NCBI RefSeq assembly: GCF_009914755.1
Contig: NC_060927.1
DNA: 64,000 bases
Direction: 5' to 3' (one strand)
Origin: the human T2T-CHM13v2.0 reference genome, Homo sapiens
The position numbers and the translations under genes are program-made. The notes beneath the pieces were generated by a model. That model was given only the letters and a program-made list of their open reading frames with translations. It was not told the origin of the DNA and searched no databases. Positions 48,529-64,000 of the stretch are shown here, one piece after another; position 1 is the stretch's first letter, and each line of letters opens with the position of its first letter.

Positions 48529-49839
48529 CTGCTTTGGATTTGCTTTATTGTTTTCACTTTCCATGTGATTAGATTGAGGCTAAATATTTTGGCAGGAAAA
48601 TTATAGAAGAAATTTTCCTGCAAATATTTTTACAGGAAATTATGTTTTTGTAAGAAAATTATTATTGTACAATAATAATTATATAATTATTATAACTATA
48701 GACAAATAAATTGTATATTTTTTTCTTACCATAAAAGTCTAAACTCATGAAAGTAGTTTATATGTGCTCTCTTAAAAATCACTTTATTTAAGCTATGAAA
48801 TTTGATTATGCTGTAATGTGGCCAGGCCTGTACACTTCCTTCATTACTTGTTTTTTGTCTGTCTCCATGTCAGCTCCATGAAGAAGGAGATGCTGTGTGT
48901 TTTGCTTACTGTAGTAGCCCTGGATTCTAGGACAGTACCTGGCTTAAGAAGCTTAAGAATTATTTGTTGAATAAACAGTTTTTTCTGAAATTGATGAAAT
49001 AATAAAAAATGACTGCACATTCCCATATCAAGAATTTGAGAAGTTAACATTTTATGTTTTTGTTTTTGGTCTAAGTACAAGAGACCTAGTTTTATTGTGA
49101 CTCAGTTTCTGGAATAGTTGCCCCGGATTTCGAGTGCTTTTCTCCTTACCTCCACCCTCCCCCATGTTTTAATGCAGCCCTCCAAAAATATTTACTGAGT
49201 GTGGACTCTAGACCAGGGCCTGTGCTAGGATACAAAGATGAATGAGGCACCACCCTTATCTTCGAGTAGTATATGTTTTATTTTATTTTATTTTTTTCCC
49301 CTGCTGCCTCCCTTGAGTAGTACATGTTTTAGTAAGGGGAACAGACACTAAAGAGTCCTGGTAATGATGAGCAAAGTACTGCATGAGTAAGTATCTGGGG
49401 GGCAAGTGTCCCCACTAGGACTCCTGTCAGATCTGGAAAAGGCCTGAGGAATCTGATACATGACTTAATGCAGCGTATACTTGCAGCCTGAAAACTAAGT
49501 AATGACAAAATAGACATTCTTGTCAGTGTGAGCCATTCTCTGAGTCCAAGGGGAGTACATAATTCAAACCAGAATTGGTCATTTTGGAGTTTGCACTCTT
49601 AGCAGTATACAGTGGAGTGAAATTTAAGAATCAATTTAATTTCTTTTCAGTTTTTATGTACATAAAACCTGCTTACTACAAGAGACCCAGTTTATTATTT
49701 TGTGTTGGTTAACATTCATAAGTATATTTCATCATAATAAGGCTCCGTGAAATTAGTCATTTTATCATTTGCCAATAAAGACATATATCTGAAAATAAAT
49801 GTTCCTGAACCTGAGCTTGTGCTTTTTTATTCCTCTTAA

Positions 49840-50010
<171 letters not shown>

Positions 50011-50055
50011 TAGTTACTTCTGGGCACAATTGAAAATATTAAAAGTACTGTTTGA

Positions 50056-50404
<349 letters not shown>

Positions 50405-50487
50405 GAGTTTTGCTATTTAAGCTCATGTAAAAGTTTTCTTCTCTTGCCAGCCCTCTTCTGTTTGGCTCCTCAAGAGTCTTTTGAACA

Positions 50488-50965
50488 ACCTTGTCCAATA
50501 TGATAGCAACTAGTCACTTGTAGTGATTCAAATTTAAATCAATTAAGATTAAATAAAATTCAAAATCTAGTTATTTAATCACACATGCCCAATAACTATA
50601 TGTAGACAGCATTTTATGTAGAATTTATCCATCATCTCAAAAAGTTGTGTTGGACATTGCTGCTCTAGAGATATGGGTAAAATTATCATGGAAATGTTTA
50701 AATCATCACAAAAAGTTGTGTTGGACATTGCTGCTCTAGAGATATGGGTAAAATTATCATGGAAATGTTTAAAATAACATTGGGTTGGAGAATAGCAGCT
50801 CTTCTCAAAGTGTGGTCTGTGGATCAGTGGCATCAGCATTACCAGGCAACCTGATAGAATTGCAAATTCTCAGGTCCTATCTCAGATGACTGAAACAGAA
50901 ACCCTGGCTGGTGGGGCTGAGCAAGAAAGTTTTAACAAACTTTTCGGGTGACTCTGATTTATTGG
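50488..50965. mobile_element. MER3/MER33-like (~50488-50670) and MER5A-like (~50795-50965) hAT relics
   Basis: tgtccaatatgatagcaactagtcac ... ttggacattgctg, and ttctcaaagtgtggtc ... tgcaaattctcagg. Confidence 0.7.
50631..50772. repeat. 71-bp tandem duplication, 70/71 identical
   Basis: Copies at 50631-50701 and 50702-50772. Confidence 0.95.
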
Positions 50966-51605
50966 TGTAGAATATTAATAGTAAAAGAACAAAATTCAGA
51001 GCAGTAAATGTAAATTTTGCAGAATAGATATAATTAGCTATCGTGATTTTTAGAAAGAAGGGATGAATGTTACTAGTGAGGCTTATGCAGATGGCGGGCA
51101 AGGTCCTTCTAGCTTTTAAAAGTATATTAACTAATAGTACTGCACTCTGCAGATGTTGGCAAACCCTTTTGCTGCAGGGGCTTGATATTTAATACCTGTG
51201 GATCAAGCAGAGTGGATATTAGCCACAAGCCTTGTATGAGTGGTGGGGAAGGAACTGAAGAGCAAGGACCATCTCAAGGGGCAGCCTCTTTTCAGTTTCT
51301 GCTGCTTTGTTACCATGTAGAAACAAACCCTGTATGCCCAGCTCCGTAGATTTGTTTTTCCAAGAGAAACCAGAAACTTTGATTTTTTAACTGTGATATC
51401 TCCATATTTTAGAACATTGACATCCAATTCAAGACTTTGAAAATATTGTATGGGCTAAATAAAATCTGTTTGGCCCATATGCAGCCAGGGCACTGCCAGT
51501 TTATATCTCTTGTCTCTAGTATCATATGCCACAAGAATTCCCAGTCTTTTCCTGATGAAGAGCTGTTTTTGATTTACTTGAACCAAATGAATTACTAATT
51601 TTAGA

Positions 51606-51607
<2 letters not shown>

Positions 51608-51654
<47 letters not shown>
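51608..51654. repeat. (TA)n microsatellite
   Basis: Uninterrupted AT dinucleotide run of ~23 units. Confidence 0.95.
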
Positions 51655-51659
<5 letters not shown>

Positions 51660-53194
51660 CATTTATCTTTTATCTGTTTGGGCCTCAACCCTGAGGTCAA
51701 GATGTCAGTAGACAAGGTGTCCTTCAGTAGTACTGCGCTCTAAACACTCTCCATGTCCGACATCTTCAGGAGGCCCTGTCTCCCACTACTGGATCTGTCC
51801 TTCTTCTCACAGACTCGACTGGCTTGCCCTTATTGTGATGTCCCTAGGTGTCCCAGGGATGGTCAGTGGGAGGAACTTTGGAAAGTTTACCTGTACCTGA
51901 CAAGTCTTGAGGATTAGCCAGGAAGTGGCTGTGGGTTTATGATGTACTCTTCTGGTTAGAGGGAAGATAGATTTGGTAATTAGTGAGCCTTTTGATATAT
52001 TTTTAGAGGAAGAAAGTAACTATGAATTAGTAGGAGCAGAATATCCTGGTTTTGAATAGGAAAACCATCTTGTTGTAACAGGTATATAACTGGAAAGAAA
52101 AGAGAAGGGCAATTGATTTATGGACTATGGAAGGAACCCAGCTTGGCAGAACTTCATTGAATTTCACTCTGTGGACCAGCAGGGGGCATTCAAAGACCCT
52201 AAATCAAGGGCTCATAATTTTTTTTCCTTCTTTTGCTTCATTCTATGCAAACATTCTGTTTCTGCTTAAACTTTCACCAACTAATTTTAGCATTCATCAA
52301 GGTTCATCAGATCTTGCCTGTGGCAATGATTTCTGTGGAATTCTAATTGTGACTTTTAATGTCTCTCATTCTTTCAACATTTATTAGTTGGAATTCTTTT
52401 GCAAAGAAGAGTTGTCCCTTCTTCATTTTAAGTATTTATATCAGTGTAGACTCATGAAAATTTCATTCCTTGGAATGAAGGAAAAAAAATTATAATCCAA
52501 TCCAATTCAATCATTATTTTATTTGCTTTTATTTTTGCTCAAATTGTTCCAGTTTTGGCAGTTGGGGAACACTTTCAGTTTGGCTTCTTTGTGCCCTTTT
52601 GTCATCCTGTGTGCTGTCATCCTTTTGTTTGTTTTGAGCACTTCCTTAGTTTCTGGCACCACAAGATATTTGAGGCTTGTCTTGTATTTTCTTTGCCTTA
52701 GCCTTAGAAGGGGTTTACAGTATTTCTACTTTTATTTCACTTATGAATCCTATATTTTGAAGTTTTTTCCCTGTGAAATTGTATTTATGTATTAGCTAAT
52801 TAATATTCTTACAAGGTAAAACTATTGTTAAGATTCATATTTAGATTGCCTGAGATTGGCAGTGCTACTGCTACTTGTGGGCATAATTCCAGTCAAAAGC
52901 AAGGAAAAACAGTTTTTAGTTCTAGCTGACTACCTTTTTAAGAGCAAGCATCTGGTTTATGTCAGGTTTTCCCAGTGCCAGAATTACTGCTGAGTTTTCA
53001 TTAGTACCTGTAATGTAGTCCCCAGATTATCACAGCTGAGTGGCTCAGGGACCTTGACAGATTCTGACCTCATCAACAACTTGAGGTTATATTTTTTGGG
53101 GGAACTTACTGAGAGTTTAGAATAAGACTTGATCTAATAGCAACAGTATAGATAAGAACAATGAAGTTTTACATTTGTGTGTATCTTTGTAGCT

Positions 53195-54122
53195 ATGGCA
53201 GGTTGAATACTAAGATGACTTCCAGTGATCTATGCTCTTACATAATCTCCTTCCCCTTGAGTTGTGGCAGCGACATGTAAATATGATGGTATATAATTCC
53301 TATGATTTGATTATGTTATATGACAAAGTTGACTTTAAGAGAGTGGCATTATCCTAGGTAGACCTGACCTTAGATCAGATAAGCCCTTAACAGGGGCCAT
53401 GTTCTTCCTGAAGAAATTCAAAGTGTAAGAAGGATTCCATGTGAGGGAGATTCTTTGTTGTTGGTTTTAAAGATGAAGGGGGCCACATGGCTAGGAATAT
53501 AGGCAACTTCTAGTAGCTGGAGAGCATCTCCTGGCTGATAACCATCAAGGAAATGGGAAACTCAGTCTTACAACCACAAGTAACTGAATTCTGGCAGCAA
53601 CTTGAATGAACTTTTTTTTTTGTTTTTTTTTGTTTGTTTGTTTTTGAGACAGAGTCTTGCTCTGTTGCCCAGGCTGGAGTGCAGTGGTGCGATCCTGGCT
53701 CACTGCAAACCTCTGCCTCCTGTGTTCAAGCGATTCTCGTGCCTCAGCCTCCCAAGTACCTGGGATTACAGCCACACCTGGCTAATTTTTCTGTTTTTAG
53801 TAGAGACGGGGTTTTCACTGTGTTGGCCAGGCTGGTCTCGAACTCCTGAGCTCAAGCGATCTACCCACCTTGCCCTCCCAAAGTGCTGGGATTACATGCG
53901 TGAGCCACGCGCCCGGCCTTGAATGACCTTTTTGAAGGCTTTTCTCCAGAGAACACAGCCCTGATAATAGCCTGATTCAACTTGTGAGACTCTGAGGAGA
54001 GAACAGAGTTATGCGATGTCCCAAACTCCTGACCTGCAGGTCTGTGGGTTAATAAATGTCTCTTGTTTTTAAGCTACTAAGTTTGTGGTGATGTGTTACA
54101 CAGCAATAGAAAACTAATAAAA
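53195..54122 (+). mobile_element. MLT1-type (MaLR) LTR with an antisense Alu inserted at 53611-53918
   Basis: MLT1 3' end (aataaatgt...ctaagtttgtggt...cagcaatagaaaactaata). The Alu has TSD cttgaatga(a/c)cttttt. Confidence 0.8.
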
Positions 54123-54527
54123 TAACTACCATCTAGATCAAGTTATTGAACATTTAGAACATATAGGATGTTTCCAGGACCCTAGCATGCGCTTTACTAT
54201 TCACACTATTACAGTATTGAATTTTCACAATAACCCTTCAAAATAACTAGTAGTTGACCCATTTTATAGATGATGTGACCAAAGTCCAGAGATTTCACTT
54301 ATTGTGTCATCGTTTTGAGTCCTTCTTTGTTAGACTCTGAGGGTATAGTTAGGGAATAAGATGAAAATTTAAATGATTTCTGAAGTCTCAAGAGTTGGAA
54401 ATGTGGAGTCAGACTTAGAGTAGGTCCCGTGACTCTTCATCTAGCATTTTCCCTACTGCCCCTTAACCATGTTTAGGAGGTATGGCCAATGATGTCTTGA
54501 TGCTTTGGTTTGCCTGCAGTAGTTAAT

Positions 54528-55648
<1,121 letters not shown>

Positions 55649-57649
55649 CTAGCTACTCTCTAAGGTCCCATTCAACAGTCTATGAATTTATAGAATTTCT
55701 ATCTATATAGCATTCTTAGCTTACCTCTGTAAACTGCAGAGGTTTTAGGGGACTAAAATATATAGGAAAGAAAATTAAATTTCCAAGGTTTCATAGGGGG
55801 AATTCAAGGAGTAAACTCAAACTCAAGCCATTACAATTACTGTGTAGCTGGGCCCTTCTCATATTCCCAGCACTTGACAGAGTGTTCCTAACCAGCTCAA
55901 TATACACTATCCTCATTCCTCATCCTGCTGAGGGCTGTCCCTCCCTACTGACCTTATCCCAAGCTTCCTATGCTCATGGCAGTCTCTGGTGCAGGGAATT
56001 GGTTGATCCCATTTCTTCTGTCTTGTTTTCCCCCTTATAAACTGTGTACTCCCCTTTGTCCTGCCTTTTACTGTTCTTAATTCTGCAGACAATTCCATAC
56101 CATAAAATTAATGGACAGGTTTGCTGCACATCTCACCCCGCAGCCCTCCCTGCCCCGCCCCACCTCAATTCACGTTGTGTCCTTTTCGTCCAACTCTTTC
56201 TGGATGATTTAGGGAAATTTATCTCTCTGCCTTTTTCTCTTTCGTTTTGTTCCATCTTTGGCCCAGACAGCCCTCATTATGGCTAATGGATTACATGGCG
56301 TGACACCCTTTGGAGGAAAATGCAAACCATGGGCTTTAAAGAGAAGCCAAGAAATTTTAGAGATGCAGGGACATTACTTTCAAATAATAAAAAATATCCC
56401 TTCTGGTTTTGCCCAAATCTTCATATCTGCTTTTACAACCACCTCTGTTTAAACTTCTTCCTTCACCAGCAATTTTCAAGATAACCATAAAGTTGAGTAA
56501 TAACTCATTTTTATTTTTTGTTTTAATTATTTTTATTCCATGTGAATAGTACATTAGGGGTTATATTATCTATTTAGGAGACTTTCATATCTCAGTTATC
56601 TTACATGAACTGCATTGTGAGTTCCAAGAAACACCATTTAAACAGCCACAGACTTCTTAAAAATCATATTAAAATTGTCAGGAAATGTTTTTGTCCCAGT
56701 TGACCATAAGGGGGCAACATAGGTATGTGCATTTCATTTAAAAAATATGATTTTTTTCTCATGTAGCATGCAGCATGTTTAAAGAATTAATGTCAGATTT
56801 AGTAATTGATTTGCTTTCCTTAGCTCTGGTAGTAAATATAATTAACATTTGAATGGAAATGGTAATTGTTTCCTGTGTGACATATACTTTTCTTTATAAC
56901 ACATATTTGACACAGAATAACCGAGTCTACCGAATTAACAGTGGTAAAAAATTGTAACATCAAAATAACTTTTAATTCTCATTCTAGTAAATGTTTTCTG
57001 TGGGCCCTAGGTGTCGTCTCTGGAGCTCTCTAACTATGCAGCCTCGATGTACTGATATAATGAGGGAGCTTTGCACAAGGTGCAGTAACATATTAAAGCT
57101 ACACTTGATAACATGTTGAGAAATTATTTTTGAACAAGCCTAGGAAATGTTTACCCTACATGCCCCCGACAATTTTTCTTTGATAATCGCATTTGCCAAA
57201 TAAAGCTTTTAAAATCAGCGTTCAGTTTCCTTTTCTACTTGGGCTCTGAACCTGCAAAGAATTAGCAGATGCCGAAGAAAAAAAGATTAGATATGCACTC
57301 TGTGTCAAATAGAACATCATCTTTGGAGGGATAAAAACCAAAATAATTTGGAGTAACACAGATAATGTCAAGTCAAATAAGCTAAAAGTAGTCACAAATA
57401 GGGGAGTCACTTAAATTTAAATTTCTGAGTTGTGTAAGCATTTAGAGTCCAAATTGTGGCTTAATAGGTGACTATAGAATGACTGGACTTTGATAAAGGT
57501 TGTGTAAGAAAATGATATAACCTGGTGGTTTCTTGAAGATTGTAGGTTTGAATAATTGTTAGAAATGAATAAATATATACCTTCAAGAAAAAAAAAAAGA
57601 AATGGTTAACATCTATAAACATCTGTTTTTGAGAAGTGATCTAGCACAC

Positions 57650-57870
57650 AGTGGTTAAGATCACGGGCTTTGGGCTCACTTGCTTGGGCCAGGTGCTGGC
57701 TTTGCTCCTTACTAGCTCAGCTCTGGGACCTTGGTCAAGTTGTTTAGCTGTTCTGAAAGGTAGGGATAGTGATAGGACCTACTTCAAAGAGTTACTGTGA
57801 GCATATGAGATAATACGTTTGCTCAGAATAGTGTCTGAGGCAGAGTAAACTTGCAAGAAATATTAGCCAT
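57650..57870 (+). mobile_element. MIR
   Basis: cagtggttaaga ... cttactagct ... accttggtcaagtt ... acctacttca core. Confidence 0.6.
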
Positions 57871-58377
57871 CACAGTCTGTTTTGAAGCATGTAACGTGTG
57901 GCATTTTCTACAGGAGGTGTTAGGGCAGAAGGATGTTGACTTTCCCTCTGAAAGGTCGTTTTGCTTGTGTTATCAAGTGTAACTAGGTTACAACCAGGAG
58001 GTACACATTGGTGATGTATTTTTAGCATTGTTCATTATATATAAAGACTTTCTGAACCTTTTGTATAATGGAGAATAATCCGTTAGATTGTCTGCCATTA
58101 GTTTGTTCTCCATATTAAGTGGTGTTTTTTTGGAATTAAAATTAAAATTTGAAGATGGGATTCATGGATTCTAACTTTGCTTTTAATGGGCTGAAAACAG
58201 TGAACTAATACTACTCTGTATGTGTAAAGTATTAGTCTAAGTTGTTACTTGCCTCGCAGGCATGTGGGTGAGAAACTGTTCTCTTCTGGGAGAATGCTGG
58301 ATAAATGCTTATGTCCACACATTTCCTTTGGTTTTGTCTTCCTTTATATTTGGCTTTGATAAAAACATATGTAATCA

Positions 58378-58968
<591 letters not shown>

Positions 58969-59074
58969 TGTAAGCAGAGGGAATGCTGAAAGTCCCTCCT
59001 TTCCTTTCTGTCCACCAATACCTTCATGCCCATTTCAGATCTTCCCATTTTTGTACAAAGGAAAACCTTTTTTT

Positions 59075-59416
59075 TTTTTAATTTTACTTTTAAGTTCTGG
59101 GATACATGTGCAGAATGTGCAGGTTTATTACATAGGTATACATGTAGTTTGCTGCACCTGTCAACCCATCATCTAGGTTTTAAGCCTTGTATTTGTCCTA
59201 ATGCTCTCCCTCCCCTTCCCCCCAACCCCCCGACAGGCCACGGTGTGTGATGTTCCTCTCCCTGTGTCCATGTGTTCTCATTGTTCAACTCCTACTTATG
59301 AGTGAGAACATGTGGTGTTTGGTTTTCTGTTCCTGTGTTAGTTTGCTGAGAATGATGACTTCCAGCTTCATCCATGTCCCTGCAAAGGACATGAACTCAT
59401 TCTTTTTTATGGCTGT
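59075..59416 (-). mobile_element. Short 5'-truncated L1PA 3' end with TSD
   Basis: L1 3'UTR and ORF2 tail. TSD ggaaaaccttttttt at 59060-59074 and 59417-59431. Confidence 0.9.
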
Positions 59417-59562
59417 GGAAAACCTTTTTTTAATCAGGAGAAAAGTCTGGGATTTGAGGTCTGACAGCAGGAAATGTTTCCCACATGCTATCAGGCTAAC
59501 AAATACATGGGCATAATTGTTTCTTGGGACATTTTTCATCTATTGTTGGAGGAGAATATTAA

Positions 59563-59910
<348 letters not shown>

Positions 59911-60689
59911 TAGGACTAAAGAGGTACCCAAACCCTGGAGAGATGTGTGACAGTTTCTGATCAATAGCTGTGTTGTGTTGTACTCATGGAAGCACTGGGT
60001 TCTCATTGAGGTTTATGTCACTGATGAGCTGTATGACTTTGGACAAGTCATTTACTTTTTAGGGCTTCATTTCTCCATGTGTGAGATGAGACAGCTGGAC
60101 CATGTCACTTCACAGGTGTCTTTCCCTTCTAATATTCTGGGTTGTAAAATAGAGGTGGGCATTTCCAGTTGTTTCTCCCCTAGTTCTGTCTCATCCAACT
60201 CCAAGTTTATAGTAGCTTTGAGTAGAAGGAAGCAGCCAGACCTATGGTAGTCCATATTGCATCCTTGCAGCAAAGCCATCCCTGTGTCATCCATTGGGCC
60301 TACCATTGGTGTGACTCTGAGATGGAGTTGGCTCCTCCTGAGGGAGTCTGGGTAAGTTCCAGCATTCTTAGCTTCTTGATTTCTCTGCTTGGCTCTGGGG
60401 CTGTTCTCCAGACTCAGAACAAAACCCCAGTGGTTGGAGGCCCACCCCTTCTTCACAAGGGCATTCTTTTCTTTCTGGAAGGGGTATGGATGAGGTAAGG
60501 AAGGAGGGATCCTGAAGGAGCAGAAATAAAGACCCTGCTTACAATTTAGAGAGCTGATAGTTTTGTGGGAACTGTTTTTAATGGCCATGTGTGGGCAAGG
60601 CTTTTAATAAAGTAAAGCCTGATGGTTTGTTGTGAGTTGTTTGTGATTGTTTTTATCAGCCTTTTTATTTATTATGTCAACTTAGTTTT

Positions 60690-61853
<1,164 letters not shown>

Positions 61854-62419
61854 ATCCTATAGGACAATTATATTCTGATGTTACTTTTTCAAAATTGACC
61901 GTGAACTCACTGAGGGCAAGGACTATATAGCTTATCCATCTGAGCATTGCTGGCTTGTAGCACCTATAGTAGTGGGCACTAAGTAGGTGCTAAGGAAATA
62001 TTAGTTAAATTGGATTGTCAACATTTACTTAAGGCACTTAAGGGAATATTTAGGGATATGAGACACATCTTCTTTCCTCATGGGTGCACGTACTAAGTGA
62101 TGAATTATACAGAGTTTTTTAGGAATAACAAGGACTGCCACTGATTCCTGGGACCTTCAGAATGTCTCCAGGCAACTGGACCTTGAAATACAACTTAGAG
62201 GGAGAAAAGGGAATTTTTAATTTGCGATGCTATCTGTGTTATTCTCATGATAGAGATGGAAGTTTTTCTGTAGGACATTAACATGATTTTTCATCTACAG
62301 GGTAAAATTGAAAGTCAAAAGAAACAGGGTTGCTTCTTTCTTTTGCTTATTGCAAAAAGAGGTGTTTGTTTTCATTTTTCAAAATTACATTTGAACTTGC
62401 CTTAATTTTATTTTTAAAA

Positions 62420-62880
62420 ACATTCATTTTTAATCAACAGATAAGTATATTTATGGGGTACAATGTGATATTTTATATATATACATTGTGGAATTAGTAC
62501 ATCAAGTAAATTAACATATCCATCACCTCACATACTTACTTTTTTATAGTGAGAATATTTAAAATCTCTTCTTTTAGCAGTTTTGAAATATATGATACAT
62601 GATTATTTACTATGGTTACCATGTTGTGCAATAGATGTCTAAAACATTTTCCTTCTGAGACCTTGATTAATATTTCCCCATTGCACCTACCCGTCTAGCA
62701 GCCCTCTGGTAACCACTATTCTACTCTCTACTTCAACTTTTTTAAGTTCCACATATAAGTCAGTATAAGGCAAATATTGCATGAGGTTCCACATCAAAGA
62801 CATCTGTGTGTGGCTTATTTCACTTAGCATAATGTCCTCTAGTTTCATCCATGTTGTTACAAATGACGGAATTTCCCCAA
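62420..62880 (-). mobile_element. L1MA-like 3' end
   Basis: Motifs tttatggggtacaatgtgat and tggcttatttcacttagcataatgtcctc. Confidence 0.7.
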
Positions 62881-63010
62881 AGAAGTATTTGGTTGCTGAT
62901 ATGTGCTCATAAAACAGAAGTTAAAGCCCATGTCTTGAGAGAAATAATATTTATCTGTTAGGAGAATAAAATGTAAATGCCAATTTGATTTTTATAATTT
63001 AAATTATCAT

Positions 63011-63815
63011 AAACAGACACTTCTCAAAAGAAGACATACATACAGCCAACAAACATATGAAGAAAAAGCTCAATATCACTGATCATTAGAGCAATGCAAA
63101 TCAAAACCACAATGAAATTGTGGTTCTCACACCAATCAGAATGGCTATTATTAAAAAGCCAAAAAACAACAGATACTGGCAAGGTTGCAGAGAAAAGGTA
63201 ACAATTATACACTGTTGGTGGAAGTGTAAATTAATTCGATCATTGTGGAAAGCAGTATGGTGATTCCTCAAAGAGCTAAAAGCAGAACTACCATTCGACC
63301 CAGCAATCCCATTACTGGGTATATACCCAGAGGAATATAAATCATTCTGCCATAAAGACACATGCAAGCAAATGTTCATTGCAGCGCTGTTCACGACAGC
63401 AAAGACGTGGAATCAACCTAAATGCCCATCAGTGACAGACTGGATAAAGAAAATGTGGTACATATGTACCATGGAATACTATGCAGCCATAAAATTGAGA
63501 TAATATCTTTTGTGGGAGCATGGATGGAGCTGGAGGCTATTATCTTTAGCAAACTAACACAGGAACAGAAAACCAAATATTGCATGTTCTCACTTATAAG
63601 CGGGAGCTAAATGATAAGAACTTATGAACACACAGAAGGAAACAGTAGACACTGGGGTCTACTTGAGTGGGGGAGTTGGGAGGAAGGAGAGGAGCAGACA
63701 AGGTAACTATTGGGTACTGGGCTTAAAACCTGGGTGATGAAATAATATGTGACACATTTTCCTATGTAACAAACCTTTACGTGCACTCCCAAACCTAAAA
63801 TAAAAGTAAAAAAAC
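63011..63815 (+). mobile_element. 5'-truncated older primate L1 (L1PA/PB type) 3' end
   Basis: ORF2 C-terminal remnants, 3'UTR and an A-rich tail. Confidence 0.88.
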
Positions 63816-64000
63816 CCAAACTTTTTAGACATAGATAAAAAAGATTGCAATGATCAGTGCAAATAGCAACATTTCTTGGCCTAATAATTAGAGAAAAATG
63901 GGTTATTTTGTTTTTCAGGCATAGACAGGTGTAGTGTAGAGTCTATCACTGATGGTGTTATTTATAATGAATGTTATGTTTATGTAATAATTTAAATAAT

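Noticed and set aside
48850-49260. Opposed L2 3' ends as a miR-28/151-type hairpin
   Set aside because: About 200 nt apart and too diverged to form a compact stem.
60067-60588. 173-aa minus-strand ORF
   Set aside because: No recognisable domain, partly MIR-derived, and no promoter or splice support.

Overview
This is human (primate) genomic DNA, recognisable as the CEP97-NXPE3 locus (chr3q12). All genes are on the + strand. 416-8337 holds the last three coding exons of CEP97 (IQ-motif exon, 76-nt exon, terminal exon), followed by a ~5 kb Alu-containing 3'UTR with a likely distal poly(A) signal at 13327. A repeat-rich spacer leads to the CpG-island promoter of NXPE3/FAM55C (~21.8-22.7 kb), its 5'UTR exons (one apparently an exonised antisense Alu) and four coding exons (28387-28479, 44024-44778, 49842-49915, 59591-59797). 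These splice in frame into a type II membrane protein with the GDS motif of a PC-esterase/SGNH domain; the last exon lies beyond the window. The rest is Alu, L1, L2/MIR, LTR and MER DNA-transposon relics, and most short ORFs in the track are repeat artefacts. I found no new multi-gene system. The most interesting observations are a dense uORF/overlapping-ORF stack at the NXPE3 start, a 57-bp fold-back hairpin inside an old L1, a near-spacerless head-to-head Alu fusion, a young ACG/A-type L1 and a twin-primed L1 (both with TSDs), a candidate intronic-polyadenylation isoform lacking the catalytic domain, and tandem Pumilio sites in the CEP97 3'UTR. Gene names and repeat subfamilies come from recognition, not database searches; repeat boundaries are approximate unless TSDs are quoted.
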